A program made the translations under genes and the position numbers. A stretch of DNA of 63,612 nucleotides, from the NCBI GenBank assembly GCA_944358815.1, contig CALVRX010000022.1, positions 1 to 63,612 of the forward strand, read 5' to 3'. This document shows, in pieces, positions 55,666 to 62,050 of the stretch. The notes under the pieces are model-generated. The model was not told the DNA's origin, ran no database searches, and saw only the letters and a list, made by a program, of their open reading frames with translations. How positions within the stretch are numbered: position 1 is the first letter of the stretch; the number at the start of each line of letters is the position of its first letter. This stretch comes from an uncultured Bacilli bacterium. Lineage in GTDB: Bacteria; Bacillota_I; Bacilli_A; RF39; UBA660.

Positions 55666-55908
55666 AACCTAAAAGTATTTTATCACGTTGATTTTTATAG
55701 TGTCAAATAAAAATAAGTATTCAAAAGTAAGCTATTGCTTAATATACTATCACAACAAGTTAAGCATTTTAATTGCTTTTATATTTTTTCTTTTTAATGC
55801 ACATTTTGTTGTTTTGTGTGGCATAAGCTATATTTTTTTTAAAATATGGTCGCTATTATTTAGAAGATAGATTAAAATTTAGGTGTATTAGAAAGGAAGG
55901 ATATTTTT

Positions 55909-56463
55909 ATGGATGTGTTTGAGAGAATGAAAAATGGCGAAGATATTGATATGGTTAATGATAAAGAGTATATGAATGAAGCTTTTAAGGAGATGCAGAG
56001 GTCTAGAAAGTTATGTTTTAAGGCGAGTAATTTGGAACCTTATTCTAATGAGATTAGAGGGGCTTTAGATGAACTATTTGAAGGAAGATTACCTAAAAGT
56101 TCATTTATTACACCACCATTTGATATTGATAGGGCAAAATGCATGAATATTGGAGAAAATGTTTTTATTAATCATTCTTTAGATTGTATGAGCTCTGGAG
56201 GAATTACGATTGAGGATAATGTGATGATTGGTCCAGAAGTTGCTTTAATGACAGCGAATCATGATTTAAAAAATTTGATGGTTTTAAAGTGCAAACCTAT
56301 AGTGATTAAAAAAGGGGCGTGGATTGGTTCTAGGGCTTTGATTTTACCAGGTGTTACTGTAGGCGACGGGGCAGTTGTGGCTGGAGGAGCAGTGGTTACG
56401 AAAGATGTTCCAGCTCATACGATAGTTGGAGGCTGCCCAGCTAAAGTTTTAAAAGAAATATAA
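55909..56463 (+). CDS. Sugar O-acetyltransferase (maltose/galactoside acetyltransferase family, LbH)
   Basis: Mac N-terminal domain followed by hexapeptide repeats (..IGENVFINHS..IGPEV..IGSRALILPGVTVGDGAVVAGGAVV). Confidence 0.85.
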   Translation: MDVFERMKNGEDIDMVNDKEYMNEAFKEMQRSRKLCFKASNLEPYSNEIRGALDELFEGRLPKSSFITPPFDIDRAKCMNIGENVFINHSLDCMSSGGITIEDNVMIGPEVALMTANHDLKNLMVLKCKPIVIKKGAWIGSRALILPGVTVGDGAVVAGGAVVTKDVPAHTIVGGCPAKVLKEI

Positions 56464-56485
56464 TAATATTAAAGGAGGAAATTTT

Positions 56486-56917
56486 ATGAAAGAGATAGAA
56501 GATAAGTTAATGATAAGAGAGCTTGTAGATACTTTTGCTAATTTAGCAGATGAGAAGAAGGCTAAAGAACAAGGTGATTTATTTTTAGAAGATGGTGTTT
56601 TAGAATTTCAAATGGGTTTAGATGGTGAGATTCAAAATATTAAAGGAAGAGATGTATTAAGTAAAGCATTTGCGGCAACTATTGATCCGTGTAAGGCGGT
56701 TTATCACATTAATGGTCAGCTTAATATTCAGTTAAATGGAGAGGAAGCGACTGGTATATCTTACTGTCAGGCGACACTTGTGAGTGAAGAAAATGGCAAG
56801 GATATAGTTACAGTAAATAGTGTGAGATATCATGATACATATGCGAAAGTAGATGGCAGATGGTATATTAAAAAAAGAAGAACGACTTTTGTGATAACTG
56901 AAAAAAGAGAGTTATGA
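56486..56917 (+). CDS. Nuclear transport factor 2 (SnoaL-like) family protein
   Basis: IRELVDTFANLADEK...DGRWYIKKR pattern. Confidence 0.65.
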   Translation: MKEIEDKLMIRELVDTFANLADEKKAKEQGDLFLEDGVLEFQMGLDGEIQNIKGRDVLSKAFAATIDPCKAVYHINGQLNIQLNGEEATGISYCQATLVSEENGKDIVTVNSVRYHDTYAKVDGRWYIKKRRTTFVITEKREL

Positions 56918-56926
56918 TAAGCTCTC

Positions 56927-57496
56927 TTAAGATTCTTTTAGATATTTATCTAAGCCAGTTTTAACTAAGGTTGTAGTTATTTTGATGATTTTGTCTACAG
57001 GAATTTTTTTACCATCTTGAATCCATTTTTTATAAACGCCTAAAATGGCCGAGTTTATAAAGGTTAAAATGATATTTTGGGTTGCTTCATCAAATTTTTG
57101 AATACTTTTAAAATTGTCTTGTGATTTAATGGATAATTTATTAGTGGTTTGTTTTTGAATATAATTATAGTTTGAGTTACAGTTTATTTTTTCGTAGACT
57201 TTGCCTTTTTCTTCGGAGAAGGTGAAGAAGGTTTCAATTATTTTATCGACATTTTGAATGTGATCATAGTCTTTAATTTTTTCAAAATATTCACTAGTTA
57301 GTTCATTTTGAAATTCTTCTAATAAATCATCGATAGAAGAATAGTGCAGATAAAAAGTTTTACGGTTAATTAAAGCTCTTTCACATAATTCTTTGATGGT
57401 AATTTTATCATAAGGCATTTCTAAAAGCATTTTGGTGAAGGTGTTTTTGATGGCTTCTTTGGTTTTTAATATTCTAAGGTCAATTTTTTTAGTCAT
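56927..57496 (-). CDS. TetR/AcrR family transcriptional regulator
   Basis: RILKTKEAIKNTF..ITIKELCERALINRKTFYLHYSSIDDLL HTH. Confidence 0.85.
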   Translation of the reverse strand: MTKKIDLRILKTKEAIKNTFTKMLLEMPYDKITIKELCERALINRKTFYLHYSSIDDLLEEFQNELTSEYFEKIKDYDHIQNVDKIIETFFTFSEEKGKVYEKINCNSNYNYIQKQTTNKLSIKSQDNFKSIQKFDEATQNIILTFINSAILGVYKKWIQDGKKIPVDKIIKITTTLVKTGLDKYLKES

Positions 57497-57646
57497 AGTA
57501 TCACTCTTTCAAAGGTTTTATAAAGTAATTATATTATAAATTTAGATAATAATCAACAGATGTGTAATAATGGACAAGATTAGCGTGGATGGTGTTAAGA
57601 AATAAAGAGGTTTGGATTATAATTAATTTAGAATGGGAGGAATTAT

Positions 57647-58492
57647 ATGGAAAAAATAAAATTAAATAATGGGGTAGAGATGCCAGTTTTAGGAATTGGA
57701 ACATTTATGATTGGATCTGATGATGCGGAAAGTGCGGTAAATTATGCATTAAAACATGGATATAGATTAATTGATACAGCGAATGCTTATATGAATGAAA
57801 AGGCAGTTGGCCGAGCAATTAAGAAGTCTGGAGTTCCTAGAGAGGAAATATTTGTCAGTACTAAACTATGGCCATCAGTTTATGAAGATGAGGATGCTAT
57901 AGAGAAAACTTTAAAGAGATTAGATTTAGATTATATTGATTTACTTTTTTTACATCAGCCAGCTGGTGATTATAAAAAGGCTTATAAGATGCTTGAAAAG
58001 GCCTATAAGGAAGGTAAAATTAAGGCGATTGGAATTTCTAATTTTGAAGGAAAATATATTGAAGAGATTCTTAATGAATGTGAGATAAAACCGCAAGTTA
58101 TTCAAGTTGAGGTTCATCCTTATTTTACACAGGAAGAATTACGTAAGATAACTGATAAAGAAGATATTAAAATAATGGCTTGGTATCCACTAGGTCATGG
58201 TGATAAGTCTTTACTTTTAGAAAATGTTTTCCAAAAATTAGGTGAGAAGTATCATAAAAGCCCTGCTCAAATTATTTTAAGGTGGCATACACAAATGGGC
58301 TTTATTGTAATTCCTGGCAGTAAAAATGAAAAACATATCGATGATAATATGAATATTTTTGATTTTAAATTAACCGATGATGAGATGAAGGAGATCGCAA
58401 AAATAAATAAAAATGTGAGATATTATCATAGAACTGATGATAATTTAAAACAGTTTGCGAGTTTTGCTCCTGATTTTGAAAGTCAGAAATAA
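57647..58492 (+). CDS. Aldo/keto reductase (YtbE/DkgA-like)
   Basis: LNNGVEMPVLGIGTF, DTANAY (Asp, Tyr), STKLW (Lys) and LHQP (His). Confidence 0.9.
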   Translation: MEKIKLNNGVEMPVLGIGTFMIGSDDAESAVNYALKHGYRLIDTANAYMNEKAVGRAIKKSGVPREEIFVSTKLWPSVYEDEDAIEKTLKRLDLDYIDLLFLHQPAGDYKKAYKMLEKAYKEGKIKAIGISNFEGKYIEEILNECEIKPQVIQVEVHPYFTQEELRKITDKEDIKIMAWYPLGHGDKSLLLENVFQKLGEKYHKSPAQIILRWHTQMGFIVIPGSKNEKHIDDNMNIFDFKLTDDEMKEIAKINKNVRYYHRTDDNLKQFASFAPDFESQK

Positions 58493-58510
58493 TATTTTTA
58501 GGAGGATTAA

Positions 58511-59583
58511 ATGAAAAAATTAGGTTTTGGATGTATGCGATTTCCAGTAGATGAAAATGGAAATATTAATATAGAAGAACTTAAAAAGATGGTAGATGTG
58601 TTTATTCAAAAAGGTTTTACTTATTTTGATACTAGTTATGTTTATCATAATGGGGAAAGTGAAAAGGCTTTAGGTAAGGTATTAGTAGATAGATATCCTA
58701 GAGACAAGTTTACGATTACGACAAAGTTACCTTCATTTATGGTGAATACGAAAGCGGAAATGCAGAAAATATTTGATGAACAACTTACTCGTTTAGGAAC
58801 GAATTATGTCGATTATTACTGGCTTCACGCCCTTACTGATGAGTTATATGAGAAAATGGGGGAGACGGGGTTTGCTTTTTTAAGAGAGTTAAAGAATAAT
58901 GGAAAGATAAAACATATTGGTTTTTTTTTTCACGATTCTCCAGAAGTTTTAGAGAAGATTTTAAATGCTCACCCAGAAGTAGAGTTTGTTCAGCTACAGC
59001 TTAATTATATTGATTGGACTAGTCATTTTGTGAGGTCTAAAGAATGTTATGATGTTTGTTTAAAACATAATGTTCAAGTGATTGTTATGGAACCAGTTAA
59101 AGGTGGGGGACTTGTAAATCTGTCAGCAAAGGCTGAAGAGATTTTTAAAGAATATGATGGTAAAGCATCTAATGCTTCATGGGCGATTAGATGGTGCGCT
59201 TCACTTTCTAATGTTTATATGGTTTTATCAGGCAGTTAAATCAGGTTTTAGATAATACATCATTTATGGAAGATTTTAAACCGATGAATGATGAAGAAAA
59301 AATGCTTGTTAAAAAAGTAGCAGATATTATTAATAGTAAGGTTTATTTTGATGAGAAAAAATTAGAAAATATTAATTTAGATGATAAAGTTAAAGATGCC
59401 GTTAAAGATTATGTTAGACTTTATAATGAACACTATAAAATGGACTGTTATACTAATGGAATGGTTTATTATGCGAATTTGATTAAAAAATATCCTAAAG
59501 CAAGTGAGTGCATTAAGTACTGTGATAAATATCCCGAGATTAAAGATGTTTTAAGTAAGCTAGCTGAGGCTTTTGAAAATTAA
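58511..59583 (+). pseudogene. Aldo/keto reductase (MKKLGFGCMR type) disrupted by a frameshift near 59231-59237
   Basis: ORF 58511-59239 ends ..VLSGS*. A second frame, open from 59212, reads ..QLNQVLDNTSFMEDFKPMNDEE, the expected continuation of this AKR family. Also contains a T10 run at 58921-58930. Confidence 0.65.
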
Positions 59584-59610
59584 ATTGTCATAAATTAATG
59601 ACAATTTTTT
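59582..59610 (+). terminator. Intrinsic terminator
   Basis: AAATTGTCAT-aaatta-ATGACAATTT hairpin followed by TTT. Confidence 0.8.
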
Positions 59611-59682
59611 GCTAGTTTTGTTTATTTTTTTGACTTAAAGTGAGTGTATAGATGATAAAATAGTAATGGAGGATTGATTGAT

Positions 59683-60198
59683 ATGTTGTTTGAAAAAGAT
59701 TATAAAGGTAAAAAAAGTTTAATTATTTATTTTAGTAGAGCAGATGAAAATTATGGAGTTGGCTTTATTAGTAAAGGTAATACGGAAGTTATTGCAGAAG
59801 ATATTAAGGAGTTCACAGGGGCGGATATATTTAAAGTGGAGCCAGCTATACCTTATGCGAGTGATTATAATACTTGCATTAATGAAGCTAGGGAAAGACA
59901 AGTTAGTCATAATGCTCCTATTAAAGAAAAGGTTCCAGATATTTCTAGTTATGAGGTTATTTATATTGGAAGTCCTGTTTACTGTGGTGATATGCCAGAA
60001 GAGTTAGTTACAGCTTTGAAAGATATTAATTTTACTGGTAAGATTATTAGACCTTTTGTTACTCATGAGGGCTCTGGACTTGCAAATATACCAAGTCAGA
60101 TTAAAGCGGTTTGCAAGGGAGCAGAAGTAACTGATGGACTTGCTATTAAAGGATCTTTAGTAAATAGTTCTAAAGATAAAGTAGAGAAATGGATTTAG
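59683..60198 (+). CDS. Flavodoxin family protein
   Basis: KKSLIIYFSRADENYG..GNTEVIAEDI..GSPVY pattern of the Flavodoxin_4-type family. GGAGGA SD. Confidence 0.75.
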   Translation: MLFEKDYKGKKSLIIYFSRADENYGVGFISKGNTEVIAEDIKEFTGADIFKVEPAIPYASDYNTCINEARERQVSHNAPIKEKVPDISSYEVIYIGSPVYCGDMPEELVTALKDINFTGKIIRPFVTHEGSGLANIPSQIKAVCKGAEVTDGLAIKGSLVNSSKDKVEKWI

Positions 60199-60209
60199 TA
60201 TAAAAAAAC

Positions 60210-60240
60210 CAATAAAGATAATTCTTTATTGATTTTTATT
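60210..60240 (+). terminator. Intrinsic terminator after the flavodoxin gene
   Basis: CAATAAAG-ataatt-CTTTATTG hairpin followed by aTTTTTaTT. Confidence 0.7.
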
Positions 60241-60248
60241 ACAAAATA

Positions 60249-60277
60249 TTGCGTTTTATATAACTATTCGTTATATT
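60249..60277 (+). promoter_or_regulatory. Candidate promoter of toxin-like mRNA 1
   Basis: TTGCGT, 17 nt, TATATT. The predicted TSS (about 60285) lies just before the conserved AAGGAATGTTCAAT 5' box. Confidence 0.55.
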
Positions 60278-60343
60278 TATATATAAGGAATGTTCAATAG
60301 TTGGACGCTACCAATTCGATACAAAGAATTGGAGGTGATGCTT

Positions 60344-60421
60344 ATGACTCAAAGAGAAAAAGCTCTTTACTTCATAATCTCACTTCTATTTATTATAGTA
60401 TTCATTTTGCTTTTTAAATAG
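60344..60421 (+). CDS. 25-aa hydrophobic peptide, candidate type I toxin (MTQREKALYFIISLLFIIVFILLFK)
   Basis: GGAGG SD 8 nt upstream of the ATG. The peptide has a polar head, a single hydrophobic helix and a terminal Lys. It sits in a duplicated unit with a convergent antisense promoter. Too short for the ORF track. Confidence 0.6.
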   Translation: MTQREKALYFIISLLFIIVFILLFK

Positions 60422-60534
60422 AAAACAGCGTCTAACTCATCATCGATGATTTAGACGCTCCACAAGTTAATCGGTAGCGTTCAACAATCGAGAATTGAAC
60501 GTTCCTTTTTTATTTTATGAGATTTCTCTCATCT
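60418..60534 (-). ncRNA. Candidate cis-antisense RNA 1 (antitoxin-like), about 115 nt, complementary to the 3' UTR and stop codon of ORF 1
   Basis: Bounded by the minus-strand promoter (60541-60569) and a minus-strand terminator (AGCGTCTAA..TTAGACGCT, 60427-60459, then gUUUUcUaUUU). Ends are predicted, not measured. Confidence 0.55.
60478..60511 (+). terminator. Intrinsic terminator of toxin-like mRNA 1
   Basis: CGTTCAA-caatcgagaa-TTGAACG hairpin followed by ttccTTTTTT. Confidence 0.75.
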
Positions 60535-60540
60535 ATATAC

Positions 60541-60569
60541 ATTCTATCATATATTTAACTTTAAGGCAA
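60541..60569 (-). promoter_or_regulatory. Near-consensus promoter of antisense RNA 1
   Basis: On the minus strand: TTGCCT, 17 nt, TAGAAT with a TGa extended -10. Confidence 0.7.
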
Positions 60570-60576
60570 AGATTTT

Positions 60577-60606
60577 ATTACATTTTCTATAACTATTCGT
60601 TATACT
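60577..60606 (+). promoter_or_regulatory. Candidate promoter of toxin-like mRNA 2
   Basis: -10 TATACT in the same conserved block as unit 1. The -35 is weak (ATTACA at 18 nt, or TTACAT at 17 nt). Confidence 0.45.
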
Positions 60607-60671
60607 TATGTATAAGGAATGTTCAATAGTTGGGTGATTGCCGAGCTTCTATTTAGAAGGGAGGCGGTATA

Positions 60672-60755
60672 ATGAGTAAGAAGGATTGTTTAATCTTATC
60701 TTTAATCGTTATTATCTTCTTTCTGTTATTGTTATTATTTATAATTTTAATATAA
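60672..60755 (+). CDS. 27-aa hydrophobic peptide, candidate type I toxin (MSKKDCLILSLIVIIFFLLLLLFIILI)
   Basis: GGGAGG SD 7 nt upstream of the ATG. Same architecture and position as ORF 1 in the second repeat unit. Confidence 0.6.
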   Translation: MSKKDCLILSLIVIIFFLLLLLFIILI

Positions 60756-60865
60756 AAAAAAATTACCTAACTCATCTACAATGATTTAGGTGCACCACAC
60801 AAATTGGTCGCATTCAACATTGGCAATTGAATGTTCCTTTTTATTTTATGAGAAATTTCTCATCT
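60752..60865 (-). ncRNA. Candidate cis-antisense RNA 2 (antitoxin-like), about 115 nt
   Basis: Minus-strand promoter at 60872-60900. Minus-strand terminator ACCTAA..TTAGGT (60765-60791) followed by aaUUUUUUUUU. Complementary to the ORF 2 3' UTR and stop codon. Confidence 0.55.
60811..60846 (+). terminator. Intrinsic terminator of toxin-like mRNA 2
   Basis: CATTCAA-cattggcaa-TTGAATG hairpin followed by ttccTTTTTaTTTT. The stem differs from unit 1 by a compensatory G-C to A-U change. Confidence 0.75.
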
Positions 60866-60871
60866 ATATAC

Positions 60872-60900
60872 ATTTTAACATATTTTTAACTTTAAGACAA
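60872..60900 (-). promoter_or_regulatory. Near-consensus promoter of antisense RNA 2
   Basis: On the minus strand: TTGTCT, 17 nt, TAAAAT with a TGt extended -10. Confidence 0.7.
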
Positions 60901-60922
60901 TTCTTTGTTTTATACTTTGTAA

Positions 60923-61147
60923 CTATTTTTTGAAGAGTTTTTTAGGTTTATTTAGATCTGTTTCTGTAATAACATGTTTATCATCAATTGGTATACCATC
61001 TATTATAGCTCTATAGTCAGGTTTTAACTTTTTCTTAATTTTGCTTTCGATTATTTCAGTAATAACTTCAGGCTCTAATTCAATGAATTTTTCGTATGGT
61101 ATTCCAAATTTTTCTTCTATAGATTGTTTTAATGTTTCTAAAGACAT
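60923..61147 (-). CDS. Hypothetical small protein (74 aa, acidic N-terminus / basic C-terminus)
   Basis: AAGGAAAGAAAG SD-like stretch upstream. No motif recognised. Confidence 0.45.
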   Translation of the reverse strand: MSLETLKQSIEEKFGIPYEKFIELEPEVITEIIESKIKKKLKPDYRAIIDGIPIDDKHVITETDLNKPKKLFKK

Positions 61148-61287
61148 AAACTTTCTTTCCTTTCTTGGTTATTATAACATGGATAACTTGAATTGTGAAT
61201 ATTTTAAAATTAAAATATTAATATTTTATAGGTAATTTGATGGTTAAATGATATAATGAATTTGAAAAGGCAATTTGGAGGTTTTAG

Positions 61288-61476
61288 ATGAAAAAATTAA
61301 AATTTGGTGTATCTTTAGTTGTTTTAGGTAATATTTTATATTTAGCTTATATTTTTTTGGCAGGTGATGGTAGTTCATTTGGAGAGTTTACTTCTGGTTT
61401 ATTACTTGGACTTTCTATTGGCATTAGTTTGGTAGGTATTATTATGCTTATTATTTATGCTTCTAAAGAAAGATAA
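61288..61476 (+). CDS. Small two-TM membrane protein (62 aa)
   Basis: GGAGG SD and two hydrophobic helices. Confidence 0.5.
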   Translation: MKKLKFGVSLVVLGNILYLAYIFLAGDGSSFGEFTSGLLLGLSIGISLVGIIMLIIYASKER

Positions 61477-61492
61477 TTAAAAGGTGGTTAGT

Positions 61493-62029
61493 ATGAGTGA
61501 TATAGAAATTATAAAACTTACTTTTGGAATATTTTTAAGTGTGTTTGGATTAGTACTTATCTTTTTAGCTTTTTTGCTATTTTATAAATATTTAGTGCAG
61601 GAAAAAAGATGTATTTCTAAAGTAAAAGGAATTATTAAAAGGTATAGTATTGCAGAATATGGTGGTGTGCATTTACCTATTGTCTATTATATGGTAGATG
61701 GTAAAGAATATAAGGTTAAAGGCCCAGAATATAAATGGATTATTACTAAAACAAAAAGTAGTCCTACTAGTAAAAATAAAGTAGATTATGAAGTTGATGG
61801 TCAAAGTTTAATTATCAACTGCGAGGTTAATTCTATTGTTTCAGTTTATAAAAATCCGCTTTATGATATGTATCCACTTAATTCAGAGATTGATGTTTTC
61901 TATGATCCAAATAATCCAAAACTAGCTTATGTTTTAAGATACTGTGATAAAAAGTTTTGTTTTTGGCTTATGTTTATTTCTGGTATTGTTATATTAATTA
62001 TAGATATTCTTATTTTAATTTGTTTATAG
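61493..62029 (+). CDS. DUF3592 family membrane protein
   Basis: TM, then a beta-rich core (..VHLPIVYYMVDGKEYKV....IDVFYDPNNPKLAYV), then a TM. This layout is typical of DUF3592. Confidence 0.65.
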   Translation: MSDIEIIKLTFGIFLSVFGLVLIFLAFLLFYKYLVQEKRCISKVKGIIKRYSIAEYGGVHLPIVYYMVDGKEYKVKGPEYKWIITKTKSSPTSKNKVDYEVDGQSLIINCEVNSIVSVYKNPLYDMYPLNSEIDVFYDPNNPKLAYVLRYCDKKFCFWLMFISGIVILIIDILILICL

Positions 62030-62050
62030 AATTTAATAGATGAAGTTTTT

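Larger units (their letters stand above)
60260..60900 (+). repeat. Two tandem ~329-nt units (mosaic conservation)
   Basis: 60260-60304 vs 60589-60633 has 43/45 identical positions. 60501-60569 vs 60833-60900 is roughly 85-90% identical by eye. The central ORF-containing parts have diverged. Confidence 0.85.

Noticed and set aside
55688-55870. 60-aa ORF in the methyltransferase/acetyltransferase intergenic region.
   Set aside because: It has a TTG start without an SD. Its hydrophobic low-complexity translation is typical of AT-rich spacer DNA. Unlike the 60.3-60.9 kb peptides, it has no duplicated or structured RNA context.
59719-60007. ORFs 59719-59910(-) and 59744-60007(+, off frame) within the flavodoxin gene.
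   Set aside because: They are embedded in a gene with a good SD and family-typical sequence.
61041-61235. 64-aa + strand ORF overlapping the 74-aa minus-strand ORF.
   Set aside because: It has no SD. The minus-strand ORF has better start context and a more protein-like composition. Both remain uncertain.
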